Assembly: GCA_002269645.1 (NCBI GenBank)
Contig: NIVC01001378.1
Location: 1-64,000 of the forward strand
Length of the DNA: 64,000 nucleotides
Direction: 5' to 3'
Source of the DNA: Macrostomum lignano
Lineage: Eukaryota
The translations under genes and the position numbers were made by a program. Of this stretch, positions 52,461 to 64,000 are shown piece by piece. Numbering within the stretch: the first letter of the stretch is position 1; every line of letters begins with the position of its first letter. The notes beneath the pieces are model-generated. The model was not told the origin of the DNA and did not search any database. It saw nothing but the letters and a program-made list of their open reading frames with translations.

Positions 52461-54220
52461 ACGGGTGATCCAAAAAATGGACAAACTTTGTTGTGAAACT
52501 GTGCCAAGGCAATACAGTGAATCTTTACAGGCTCGCAGCAGGTGAATCCTGACACCTGTAAGATTTTTTCTGCCAACTTTGGAATGGATATCTTTATCCA
52601 GTTTCCTAAAATAGCCATTCTAAATTTAGCCAACAGTCACTTTCAACTTGAAGCAATAGACAGTAGATGTGTAATTGCAGAAACAACCAAAGACACTTTC
52701 AACTTAAAGCCAAAGTCAGGATGAAAATTAATTCACTGCCAGTGGCAGAATTGTGCTTTATCGAGATGGCCAGCAAATTCACTGAGGAAGATCGAGTGAG
52801 AATTCTGCAATTTTACTACGCAAATGGCAGTAGCGTAACATCAGCAGCTCGGAGGTTCAACTTCTGGAGAAATCAACAGGAAAACGCTGTCGAAATTCCG
52901 CTCTGCTCTGCAAGCAACGTGAGCAAACTGATTAAGAAGTTCACCGACAAGAAGACAGTCAAGCAGGCACATAAAGGAAACAGTGGACGTCCCAGAAGTG
53001 CTCGCACTGAGGAGAGAATTCTGGAAGTTCTGCAAGAACTGGACGAATCTCGCACGTCGTTAAGACAGGTGGCTGCAAGTACTGGGCTCTCGTACACTTC
53101 GACCCAACGGATTGCCAAACTGGACTTGCACATGTACCCGTACCGAACAGAAGTGAAACATGGACTGACGGAGCCCGATTTTGTACAACGCACAGAACTG
53201 TGCACCAACATGCTGCAAACGTCTGAGAATGGCGCTCTATTTATCCTTTTTGTTGACGAGGCCGCATTCCGTACCGACGGAACAGTCAATCTTTGGAATG
53301 ACAGATCCTGGGCCGTTCGCAGTTCGCAGCCAGACATTCCTCCAGCAGGTCTGCACCAGAATGCCCAGCGGACACATGTGCTTGCAGCAATGTCTCAACA
53401 TTGGCTCGGAGGTCCTTATTTTTTTCCTGGCAAAGTATCAGCTGCAGCGTACCAACGTGCTCGAGCATTTTCTTCTGCCAGATCTCGAGGCAATGCACAT
53501 TGAACCAGGTAACATCTGGTTTATGCAGGATGGAGCCCCAGCTCACACTGCTTTGGCCACGCGGGCATTTCTGCATGATACATTCGGACACAACAGAATA
53601 ATTGGTAAGCTTTTTGACATGCCGTGGCCCTCAAGGTCTCCTGACCTCAATCCTGTGGACTATTTTCTGTGGGGCTTTGTGAAAGACCGCGTTTTCGCAA
53701 ACGGAGGCTTCCTGAACGTCGCCATGTTGAGCAATCGTTGCTGCTTTCAATGACATCAGAACAAACAGCATGCAAGCAGTGCGTAATGCTGTTGACGCGT
53801 TTCTGCCTCGTCTGCAGGAGTGCGTTGAAGCCGATGGTCGACAGCTGCGACACAGGTGACTGGGGAAAGGATGAAGACAAAATTTTATTGCTCCTTTGTT
53901 TTAAATTATTCATTGTTTCATTGCTTCATTGTTTCAATAAATCTGACCTTAAATAAAGCAGATCTTCTTGTGTGTTGGCTGTCATGCGGTCATTCCTACA
54001 ATTACACATCTACTGTCTATGGCTTCAAGTTGAAAGTGACTGTTGGCTAAATTTAGAATGGCTATTTTAGGAAACTGGCTAAAGATATTCATTCCAAAGT
54101 TGGCAGAAAAAATCTTACAGGTATCAGCTAGGATTCACCTGCTGCGAGGCTGTAAAGATTCACTGTATTGCCTTGGCACAGTTTCACTACAAAGTTTGTC
54201 CATTTTTTGGATCACCCGTT
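52461..54220 (+). mobile_element. Full-length Tc1/mariner-superfamily transposon, rosa/DD41D-like (1760 bp)
   Basis: ~220-bp TIRs (52461-52677 and 53999-54220) starting ACGGGTGATCC, flanked by TA on both sides (52459-60 and 54221-22). Confidence 0.95.
52766..53860 (+). pseudogene. rosa-like DDD transposase with two frameshifts (~53455 and ~53730)
   Basis: N-terminal HTH (MASKFTEEDRVRILQFYY), GRPRS, LFVDEAAF, WFMQDGAPAH and WPSRSPDLNPVDYFLWG. The C-terminus RLQECVEADGRQL lies in a shifted frame. Confidence 0.9.
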
Positions 54221-56596
54221 ATATTTAATAGATCAACAATTGAAGAGGAAACATTAATTATAAGCAGCAGACACAATAAAGTTTTTTTCATTTAAATACA
54301 CTGTATTCACCATTTCAGGAAATAAAACTTACTAATGGTTTGAAACTATTATATATTGGTTCTAAAAATATTTTTTTATTTACTTCTTAACCTTTTTTGT
54401 TTGCTTGTTATTTTTCTTGGAAAGTTAATTTAAAAAACGAGTGTTCTTTAACGGTCTTATCGTTTAAAAAAAGACCTTGTTGCTGCTTGCCTACTTGCTT
54501 AGCTGATGCTTGATGCGTGGGTGTCTAGACAGATACTCGGAAGGATATTTAATACTATCGTTTATAACGTCTGGCAGGAACCTCTCATGCTTAGGGTAGG
54601 GAGTTAGGCCTAGCATTGGAATAATAGTCATTAGGTTAGTTATTAGCTAGAATCAACCCTAAAGACAAAGTGTTGCATTGTTGTTGCTTGACAGTATGAA
54701 GACATATTTATACATGCCTATACAGCACAGGCCTAAGAGGAGACCTGTTTGCCCAGTAGAAATCTACCTTGCAGACCTCTAGTCTAGCCTACCTAACTAG
54801 GGGGCCTATCTTCTATCCTAGTTTCCTAGGTTTAGGCCTATTTTTTGTGCAATAATACTAATAGGGATGCTATCAATAATGCTTTTATGCTGTTGCAGTA
54901 TAACATCCTGACTTTGAAAATCGCCTCCTTATATTAGACCTTGACTTTGATTTTTCATACTAGCAAAAGATCTCAGGCTCAGTTTTTTTTTTATTTAAAA
55001 AATACAATAGGCCCTAGGGCAATAGGCCTACTCTAGTCTAGTTTCACACATTTAATTATTTTTCAAAATATAGGTCCTAGTGACTTTGCTTGTTACTGGG
55101 AGTAAATATTTTAACTTGCAGAAGTGTAAGATGTGGCAATATGTCAATTTTGTCTGATGGTTAAGTTACTAGTTTGATTTGATATGGCCAAATGCTAGGC
55201 CTACATCTATAGCAAATACCTATTATTGTTCCCTGTTTTTTTAAAAGGGACTAAGATGGAAGATTCTATTCTATAATCCCACATATGCTTATCTTATTAT
55301 CTATGACTTGTCAATAAATAATGTTAATTTTGATAATTAAATGAATTCATTCTGTATAAACTGACTATCAATGTGATTATAAATGTGGACTGACTTTTAT
55401 CTTTCATTTTTAGTAGAATATATTTAAAGAAACAGTGATTAATTTATTCATAGACAAAAAGTTCAACCACTATGAGCAAATTATTGGCCATATTTATTAA
55501 AGTTGCTTTTAGTTAAGCAATGAATTGCAACAATTAAACCTGTATAGAAGGACATAATATTTGATATCTAGCCCTATTCCCTTAGCAGCCCTTGACCATT
55601 AGGCTTGCACCTTTACTTCTTGTCAAATGAAATGTATCTAAACTAAATGCCAACCTCACCCCTCCAGGTTTGTAAGAATTAGTGCCCTCATATCCATGTT
55701 TTATAAACTCAATTCATAATATTCCACTTCTCCTAAAACCTCCAAGGCTCCAAAAGCCTCACAACTTAATCTAAGCACAATATGCTTTCAATGGCTCAAG
55801 CATCCCTACATTTCTTCAAGATGTGCCATGTGTTATCCTATCCTAAATCCCACAACCCCTAAAATTCTCAACTCTTCAAACGCAACATTGTCAGTCCTTA
55901 ATCTCCTAATTCCTATTTCTACCCAATTTCTTCAATTCATTTGTGATCCCTTCTATTCATCAATTAAAAACAAAAAATAATACAAAATGAAAATACAAAA
56001 ATTTCTAAGGCAAGGAAGTCTAAAATTTATTATTAGAGATGATTTTATTAACTTTAACTTGAATGTAAGACATAGAATTATAAAAGCCTTTTGTCAAGTT
56101 TCTGACTTATTTTAATTAACTTTAGAAATTCAAGCATTCAAATTGTTTTTAATTTTTAAAAGGCTTCTAGTTTTTTATTTTATTTTTATATTTTAGACTT
56201 TACTGCATATTCCATGTCTAATTATTGCTTCAACAAAGTTGAAAAATCAGTTAAATGCCTATCACAAGTTTAATATAATTGAAGCATAAAAAATATTGGT
56301 TTAATAAAACCAGTAATTCAGAAATATAATAAAATTTTAGGACTTCTAAGTCCTATTGGAAGAAGTGAAGTGTAAATAGACATCTGGTTCTTCTTGTTTT
56401 AGCAGATTGTTAATACAAAAAATTGCATAAATTTATGGGTCTCAATTTGAACATTTATTCCTATATGGCTTATTAGACTTTAATTTTGGCAAACTGTATC
56501 TTTCAATTGATGCTCCTTCAACTACGAACCCAAACTTATAAACACATTAACCACTCACTATACTACTAACTAGTAGTTAGGAAAATAAACACAAGG

Positions 56597-57550
56597 ATGT
56601 CTTCAGGAGGCACTAGAACTGGCTCCAAACGAAAGTCTTCATCAATGGCAGCGTCAGATGCCGGAGATGACTCAGCATCGAATGCTTCATCAACAAACAC
56701 GGCCAATGTGCCGTCGCAGCATCACAAGCTTCGGCATCATCACCATGGCCAGCAATCGTCTGGCTCAGTAGGCAATCAGCAGCAATCGAACTGGGATTGC
56801 AGTGTCTGCACCTATAGCAATCCGGCCGAGTCGTTCAAATGCATGATCTGCGACACTAGGAAAGGCACATCGACAAGGAAGCCGAGGTTAAATCCGCAGG
56901 TAGTGGAGATGCAGGAGATGATCCAGAGCGCCATTCTCCGAGGCGGAGGCAGTGCCGGAGCCGGGGCTCCCGGTGGCGCCGGTGATCACGGCGGTGACGC
57001 CGAGTCCGACCAGAGCGGCAGTCAGTCTCTGCCTCGACTCTCCTCCGGCGGCGCCAAGCACCCAACTAGCGGCGGTGGCGGCGGCGCCTTTCGTAAGGGC
57101 TCCGGCGCTGTCAGTCTAGGCGGCGCGCGCAATCATCATCATCACCAGAAGCTGCCCAGATTAAGAAATGTTGACAGATCAACAGCCAGGCACATTCCCG
57201 TCACTGCTAACGGAGTGACAGTTATTATTACGGATTTTAAACCGAAAACAAGTGTGGCATCGGCTGTTGCCAAATCGAAGCGATCTGTTGCAATGGAATC
57301 TTCTTCTAATGCAGCAGCTACAGGTGATCATGCGGACGATTCTTCTACATCGATTGCTTCGCCTCCGATGCCGAATTCGCTTTTGACTTCGACGAATTTG
57401 CCGCCACCGTCGCTTACTAACGAAGATGTACATTCGGCTTCTGGCGCACCCGCCCCAGCGGTCTCGTCTGGCATGCTGGATGAGGAGACAGATTCCATTG
57501 ACAGACGGTCGGAATCGCCGCCACAGATATCGCCGCAAAAATTTGATTGA
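56597..57550 (+). CDS. RYBP: RYBP/YAF2 homolog (RING1- and YY1-binding protein, non-canonical PRC1), single exon, 317 aa
   Basis: RanBP2-type Zn finger [32 protein letters not shown] and the C-terminal motif [31 protein letters not shown]. Confidence 0.93.
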   Translation: MSSGGTRTGSKRKSSSMAASDAGDDSASNASSTNTANVPSQHHKLRHHHHGQQSSGSVGNQQQSNWDCSVCTYSNPAESFKCMICDTRKGTSTRKPRLNPQVVEMQEMIQSAILRGGGSAGAGAPGGAGDHGGDAESDQSGSQSLPRLSSGGAKHPTSGGGGGAFRKGSGAVSLGGARNHHHHQKLPRLRNVDRSTARHIPVTANGVTVIITDFKPKTSVASAVAKSKRSVAMESSSNAAATGDHADDSSTSIASPPMPNSLLTSTNLPPPSLTNEDVHSASGAPAPAVSSGMLDEETDSIDRRSESPPQISPQKFD

Positions 57551-57594
57551 TGAATTTGTATGCGACTTTATATTCATCCGAGAATACTTATCGC

Positions 57595-57945
57595 TACTTC
57601 CGGTTCTGTCCTTTAATAATAAGTTCCGCCACTTCCGGTTCTGTTCTCTAATGGGTTCCCTTACTTCCGGTTCTGTCCTTTAATGGGTTCCGCAACTTCC
57701 GGTTCTGTCTTTTAATAAGTTTCCGCCACTTCCGGTTCTGTTCTCTAACGGGTTCCATTACTTCCGGTTCTGTTCTCTAACGGGTTCCATTACTTCCGGT
57801 TCTGTCTTTTCAATAATAGGTTCTATTACTTCCGGTTACGTCCATTAACGGTTTCCGCAACTTCCGGTTCTACGTCGTATTCTCTAATGGGTTCTATTTA
57901 TTCCGGTTCTGTCCTTTAATGGGTTCCGAAACTTCCGGTTCTGTC
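57595..57945. repeat. ~30-32-bp minisatellite (ACTTCCGGTTCTGTTCTCTAACGGGTTCCATT-like) just 3' of RYBP
   Basis: About 11 imperfect units, each with an ACTTCCGGT core. Confidence 0.88.
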
Positions 57946-59021
57946 CTTCAACTAAAGTGTATCTTTGCCGCCCTTAAATTGCAATCCGAATTAACTTGAT
58001 TTAAATTGCATTTTTAACAAATCTAGCTACTTTAGTTTTCAATTCGAAAAGTCATAAAAATAGCACTTCCCCTTGGTCCGAGTGGTCTCAGTGCGAGAGC
58101 TAGTTTGCCTTACAGTCTGATTATAATGTGCTGTCATGTTGTTAATGAAAATACTGTAAGCATCAAAATGAACACAATCTATTTTAATTAATTAATTATA
58201 CTGCTCGCCTTAAAACCGTTTGTCTCGCGCTCTGCAAGTCGGTGTACAGTTTGTGTATCAGAATTTTATTGTGTTTTTTTCGAATCGCTTAATCGCACAA
58301 TCATTTATTTGGCTAGAAGCTATTGGTAATGTTCAATCATTGTCTCCAGCGTAGTTAATAAAATATACAAGTTCTAAATTTGTGACTTGCATGTATAAAA
58401 ACTATGTTCCAGTGTCAGTGGGTGAATAGGTTTTTTTACCTTGCAAAATTAATTTTTATCTCCAAAGTTTTTGGTTTTGTATTTTCTCTAGTGCCGGCGC
58501 TCTGCGTTGAACTGCATTTTTTACTTCGATCTAACGAATTTTCATTTCCTCCCTTTGTCACTGCTTACTACTTGTCACTGCCATCTCAGTAGTGTCTAGT
58601 GAAAAAATTAACTTGCTTTTTGTGTGCTTGTGTCCTAAACTGGCGTATCTATAGCAATGCGTTGTCTCGGCTCTGTGTGCTAAATTATCATCATATTATT
58701 GAGCCTAAATCACTTCAGTGTTCAATGAAAATTTGAAGGTCACTTGTAGCTACGTGTACACACCAGTTGTATATTGCTGTTAATTAAGAAACTAATTAAT
58801 TTTTAGGCCGATTTTATGTGTATTTAAACTCAATTCAGGTAGTGATACTGACTGGACTCAGTTTAATAAATTCAGTAAAAACATAACCTGCTGCTTTTAT
58901 TGCATATAATGTCATGCTCAATGGCGTCCACAATTAATGGTTGACTATTATTAATTTCTTCTGTTTACTATTTTCTGATAAGATTCGTTTCTTGCCTTTG
59001 CTGGTTTTCGGGAATGTGGGC

Positions 59022-59147
59022 ATCACAAACCCGAATTATCACAACATCAAAAGCACTTCAAATCATAAACCAGATTGTCACAAACCCGAAATATCACAAC
59101 ACCAAAAGCACTTCAAATGATAAACCAGATTATCACAAACCCGAAAT
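59022..59147. repeat. 55-bp tandem duplication (~2.3 copies)
   Basis: ATCACAAACCCGAA...AAAGCACTTCAAAT...AAACCAGATT repeated. Confidence 0.85.
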
Positions 59148-59283
59148 ACCATAGTTCTTAACGCCGAAAGTGCTAGCAACGCCCATTATAAGACATGCTG
59201 CTTCATTTTTTGTTATAATGATATAAGGGAACTCTGTGGCTTTCAGACACTCAGTCCGAGAAGTGTCCTATAGGCCCTGAACA

Positions 59284-60370
59284 TGTATCTCCAATCATAC
59301 CTCAGCCATGGCTAAGTAAGCATCTCCATTCAAACCTCAGCCATGGCTAAGTAAGCATCTCCAATCAAACCTCAGCCATGGCTAAGTAAGCATCTCCAAT
59401 CAAACCTCAGCCATGGCTAAGTAAGCATCTCCAATCAAACCTCAGCCATGGCTAAGCAAGCATCTCCAATCAAACCTCAGCCATGGCTAAGTAAGCATCT
59501 CCAATCAAACCTCAGCCATGGCTAAGTAAGCATCTCCAATCAAACCTCAGCCATGGCTAAGTAAGCATCTCCAATCAAACCTCAGCCATGGCTAAGTAAG
59601 CATCTCCAATCAAACCTCAGCCATGGCTAAGTAAGCATCTCCAATCAAACCTCTCTCAGAGCCATGGCTAAGCAAGCATCTCCAATCAAACCTCTCACAG
59701 AGCCATGGCTAAGCAAGCATCTCCAATCAAACCTCTCTCAGAGCCATGGCTAAGCAAGCATCTCCAATCAAACCTCTCTCAGAGCCATGGCTAAGCAAGC
59801 ATCTCCAACCAAACCTCTCACAGAGCCATGGCTAAGTAAGCATCTCCAATCAAACCTCTCTCAGAGCCATGGCTAAGCAAGCATCTCCAATCAAACCTCT
59901 CACAGAGCCATGGCTAAGTAAGCATCTCCAATCAAACCTCAGCCATGGCTAAGTAAGCATCTCCAATCAAACCTCTCACAGAGCCATGGCTAAGTAAGCA
60001 TCTCCAATCAAACCTCTCACAGAGCCATGGCTAAGTAAGCATCTCCAATCATACCTCAGCCATGGCTAAGTAAGCATCTCCAATCAAACCTCTCTCAGAG
60101 CCATGGCTAAGTAAGCATCTCCAATCATACCTCAGCCATGGCTAAGCAAGCATCTCCAATCAAACCTCTCACAGAGCCATGGCTAAGTAAGCATCTCCAA
60201 TCAAACCTCTCACAGAGCCATGGCTAAGTAAGCATCTCCAATCAAACCTCTCACAGAGCCATGGCTAAGCAAGCATCTCCAATCCTACCTCAGCCATGGC
60301 TAAGCAAGCATCTCCAATCAAACCTCTCACAGAGCCATGGCTAAGTAAGCATCTCCAATCAAACCTCTCA
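59284..60370. repeat. 35/41-bp minisatellite, ~28 copies
   Basis: Unit AAGCATCTCCAATCAAACCTCAGCCATGGCTAAGT. A +6-nt variant dominates the right half. Confidence 0.96.
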
Positions 60371-60676
60371 CTAAACCTTTAACAAATTAAAGTTAAATAA
60401 AAGGAGTATGCAGTATTTTTGTATTTGTTTGATTTTAGGCCAGTGAGTAAAAAGCGCGATCTGCAGTGGGTTCGTACAGGAATAGGGCTAAGGGTAGTTT
60501 TTTATTGTAGAATAAAATATTAAACTGAAATACTTCGGGTGTGTCATAAGTAATGTCACTGCAGGCCTCTGTCTAAAATATGTAGGCACATGGACTTGTG
60601 GGTAGTGTAGCTGCAAAGTATACTTAGTGAAGCAATAGCAGTGCATTTGAGACGTGCATAGGTTGTTTATGGCCCA

Positions 60677-63600
60677 CACAGGTAGGAGGAATTCAAGTTA
60701 AATGCAAAAAAATTGCCCATAATCGGTTTTTTGCTCATGGGATAGAATTTGTACTCCTGATTCTAAAATGACCTCCCATGAAATCCTAACTGATTGGGTT
60801 CGCGAGAAATGCTCATAATTAAGTTTTTACCATAGATATGAGGCAGTCCAACAAGCAAAGCTCGCCATTCAAGGATAAGTTGAATGTATTTTGTCCAAAA
60901 CAGCTCTCACCACTGTGAATTCAATTTGTAGTGTGCAATAGTTCAGGCACTATTTCAAAATATATATATTAATTTAAAACAGTGAATCAGCAAATTAATA
61001 ATTATTATCATTATTTACCTATAGAATTTTTAAGATAATGGCTAATCTTTCTAAGTCTAAACCAAAACAGAAAACTGTAATGCAATAGATATTGAGCTGT
61101 AAATTCAAATAGATTGTCATTGAGCATTTTTAGTTTTACAAGCAATTACAAATGACAGCTATTATATTGTACCGTAGCCTGTAGAAGCTGTTGTCCCATC
61201 GCTGGGTCACCACTCCGGCGCTTAAAGTTTTGCCATACTTTACTGAAATCATGGTGAGCACTTTCACCAGCCTGCTCAGAAAATGTGCCCAGGCCTTTGC
61301 CATGCAGTCTGCAAAACTCGACCACATGGACGAACACGCAGTGAACTTTTGGTGTCACTCTAATAGGTAGCTTGCAGTAGGACTCTCGAAACTGCTGAAT
61401 CAGCTGTTCATATTCAGGCTGTAGCTTCTCCCCAAAGCAAGCGTGTACCACTTCACGGAAGCATCGAAGGGCTTCACCAAACTGCTTCAGCTGCTCAGGC
61501 AGGATGCTCGTCAGTTCATCAGCTAGTTGCAGGATTGCGTGGCACTGGTTGCCCTCGAATGATCCTCCGCGATAGTCAGCGCGCCCGATGTTATGGCTTG
61601 CAGCCCAGCTGAGTACATGACCTCCGTCAGCTTCAAGCGAGTCGACGATCTTGTTAACAACTCCAATGAGAAGATGCAGTTCAGGTGGGGGCAGCTTGTT
61701 GAGTATCGGCTCATCTTCTCCACCAGACAAAAGGGGTTTGTTAACACAGCTTTTAAAAAGCTTGGCCGATCGCAACTCATTGCCTGCTTCGGAAAAGGCA
61801 GCTGCATTCTTTGTTACACTGCCAAATGTGCGCGTCAGACCATCCGCAGCGAATGGAGCCTTTGCCTCGCACCATGTACATGGGTACATTGCCGCGTGAT
61901 TCTGCAAGCCAATCACTATGTTGGCAAGCTTGAGATCACAAGCAACAGTAAACGAAATCGCCTGTAGATTCAGAGAGTCCAGTAGTAGTTTTACGTTGAG
62001 ATAAGTCTCACTAACATCAGGAGCAATAGCGATGATCATTAATTTTTTAACACCAGAGTTGAGAAACTGGCGGCTGCAGGCTAACTTCTTTACTGGCGAT
62101 GCTGCAGGCTCAGACTCACCGGTCACAGTCAGCACAACTTTCAGAGAGCCTCCTCCACCATCAATTCCAATCTTGACAAAGCTGTTCTCGATGCCACGCT
62201 CGGTGCAAATATGATTTAGCAAACCTTGAAGATCGGAGCAGATCACGGCTGGCCTTGGTCCCGAAACCTCCTGAGTCTGTCCAGATGAACGTATGAATGG
62301 CAGCTGAACAAACGTGAAGAAGCTTGTTAGGCAGCGGCCTCTCTTCTGCAGCTCTTCACGAAGGTTAGGCTCGATCACATGCCGGCCTGCACCTAACCTA
62401 AGAATTCTGGCCAGCTTTAGAGTCTGCTTGCTGCTTAAACTAAGGCCGACTTTCAAAGCCGAAATTGTTTCGTGGCTTATATATCCTTTCCTAGAAACAC
62501 TTGTTATAGGTTCAGCGGCTGAGCTAGAAGCTACCTTGACTCGAAGAGGTTTACCAGCAGTTTGACTTAGTACAATACCACCTGCTGCAGTCTCATTACA
62601 CTCCTTGATGACTGAGCTAGCCAGCTGGTGCTTGGTAAGAGGAGATATTTTGTCTCGCAAATTCTTTAATTTGGTTGTTTTATTGCAGCGATGCTCCAGG
62701 CCGGGTCCGATCCGTGACATGCAATGCGAGCAGAGTTTTTGAATCGCAGTAGCCTCTGCCACAGCAGGACGACCTCGGCCTGCTGGTGGACCTGTGGCCA
62801 AGTATTTGGTGTCTGGCACTGCACTGCTGCTCCTGTGTGAGCTGGCCAAGCTACACAGCTCACAGTTGCAGTCAGGGTTGCCACGAGTTGAAGGCGGCAG
62901 AGACTGAAGGTCGGTAACTATCTGGTCATACGCCAGTAGGACTGGAATAGGTCGCGAATCTGGGCAGGACAAAGACGAAAGCTTCCTTCTGCAGCCGTCA
63001 CATATGCCAGATGGAAGATATTGTCTTTCTACCTTGAAGCCTTCGTACACTGTAGATTGAATTAGTTCAATCTGATGCTCCGTCAAAGGGCGATGCGCTC
63101 TTCGAAGACACATGGCACACAGTGCCTGGAGATTTTCTTCGTGGTTTCTTTTCTTTGGCATTGTAGATGATGATGAGTAAAAACAAGAAAATTGTTTGGA
63201 CAGTTGATCAATTGAAACAAAATATTCTAAAATGCTCTAAATACTCATTTACATCACCATAAATTGAGCAACTGCTCATGATTTAGGTATAAAGGGATCG
63301 ATAAAAAATAATGTGCAAATCGTGTGAGTGTGATCACAAGCAAAATTTTGCCTTTTGCCGTTTAATGGTGGCGGGTTGAATGTACATATTTTTATCGATT
63401 ATACGTCAGGTGATTTTTTTGCATATTTCATGATCGTGGTGGTAAATAGACTTAGAAAACTGTACAATACTTGTTATCTTCTCTAATTTAGAGAATCAAA
63501 CTTATTTATATAGAAGAGGCCAATTCTTTACGCTAAGAATGTACAGCATAGCATCAGTTGTAACATCGCACACTTAACAAAGTTGCCTTGAGTTTTTTGT

Positions 63601-63900
63601 TTTGTTTTACCCTACAAAAAGGATGATTAAACATACATGCACTCAATACAAATTGAATTCACAGTGGTGAGAACTGTTTTGGACAAAATACATTCAACTT
63701 ATCGTTGAATGGCAAGTTTTGCTTGTTGGACTGCCTCTTATCTATGGTAAAAACTTAATTATGAGCATATCTTGCGAACCCAATCAGTTAGGATTTCATG
63801 GGAGGTCATTTTAGAATCAGGGGTACAAATTCTATCCCATGAGCAAAAAACCGATTATGGGCAATTTTTTTGCATTTAACTTGAATTCCTCCTACCTGTG
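60677..63900 (-). mobile_element. Complete Chapaev-type (CMC/Transib-related) DNA transposon, 3224 bp
   Basis: Ends CACAGGTAGG...CCTACCTGTG. TIRs 60677-60930 and 63647-63900 differ at about 8 positions by eye. A 4-bp TSD CCCA sits at 60673-76 and 63901-04. Confidence 0.9.
61146..63161 (-). CDS. Intact 671-aa Chapaev-type transposase with RAG1-like motifs
   Basis: N-terminal H-X7-C-X2-C (HEENLQALCAMC), CDGC and CNCELC Zn ligands. Core motifs KIGIDGG, CDLKL, YPCTWCE, PELHLLIG, PKVHCVFVH and SEQAGESAHHDF. No stop or frameshift. Confidence 0.92.
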   Translation of the reverse strand: MPKKRNHEENLQALCAMCLRRAHRPLTEHQIELIQSTVYEGFKVERQYLPSGICDGCRRKLSSLSCPDSRPIPVLLAYDQIVTDLQSLPPSTRGNPDCNCELCSLASSHRSSSAVPDTKYLATGPPAGRGRPAVAEATAIQKLCSHCMSRIGPGLEHRCNKTTKLKNLRDKISPLTKHQLASSVIKECNETAAGGIVLSQTAGKPLRVKVASSSAAEPITSVSRKGYISHETISALKVGLSLSSKQTLKLARILRLGAGRHVIEPNLREELQKRGRCLTSFFTFVQLPFIRSSGQTQEVSGPRPAVICSDLQGLLNHICTERGIENSFVKIGIDGGGGSLKVVLTVTGESEPAASPVKKLACSRQFLNSGVKKLMIIAIAPDVSETYLNVKLLLDSLNLQAISFTVACDLKLANIVIGLQNHAAMYPCTWCEAKAPFAADGLTRTFGSVTKNAAAFSEAGNELRSAKLFKSCVNKPLLSGGEDEPILNKLPPPELHLLIGVVNKIVDSLEADGGHVLSWAASHNIGRADYRGGSFEGNQCHAILQLADELTSILPEQLKQFGEALRCFREVVHACFGEKLQPEYEQLIQQFRESYCKLPIRVTPKVHCVFVHVVEFCRLHGKGLGTFSEQAGESAHHDFSKVWQNFKRRSGDPAMGQQLLQATVQYNSCHL

Positions 63901-64000
63901 CCCAAGCTATCGCAAGAATACGCCAAGCAGATTTAGCAAGTGCAACGCGATGAAAAATCATCTATGCAGTGAACAAAAATCACCATGAATCTCGACATGA

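Noticed and set aside
58070-58110. A-box-like TGGTCCGAGTGG as a Pol III gene
   Set aside because: No B box or tRNA-like structure follows.
60931-63646. RAG2-like partner gene or 12/23 RSS asymmetry in the Chapaev element
   Set aside because: Only ~215 bp and ~485 bp flank the transposase ORF inside the TIRs, and both ends have identical spacing.

Overview
Eukaryotic (metazoan, invertebrate) genomic DNA with GT-AG introns, very repeat-rich. The style of GC-rich exons and introns packed with (TCTG)n and minisatellites resembles a free-living flatworm such as Macrostomum, but this is inference only. Genes I can support: a Sec24C/D COPII coat gene (minus, ~999-9765, with seven 1-nt deletions that look like assembly errors), fucose-1-phosphate guanylyltransferase (plus, 16323-24596), a 74-aa secreted cysteine-knot-like peptide (28001-28225), a stomatin/MEC-2-like gene (28947-32745), a secreted NtA(agrin N-terminal)-like protein (minus, ~40350-41158), two tandem pancreatic-lipase-like genes (one with a single nonsense codon) and an intronless RYBP/YAF2 homolog. 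Mobile elements: two tRNA-derived SINE families (one with a MIR-like CORE), two RTE-clade LINE copies, a full-length Tc1/mariner rosa-like (DD42D) element, and an apparently intact Chapaev-type transposon (60677-63900; CAC...GTG ends, ~254-bp TIRs, CCCA TSD) whose 671-aa transposase carries RAG1-like motifs. About a fifth of the window is tandem repeat. The best leads are the intact RAG1-related transposon, the knottin-like peptide and the NtA-like protein. No CRISPR array, rRNA or true tRNA was found. Exon coordinates were derived by hand.
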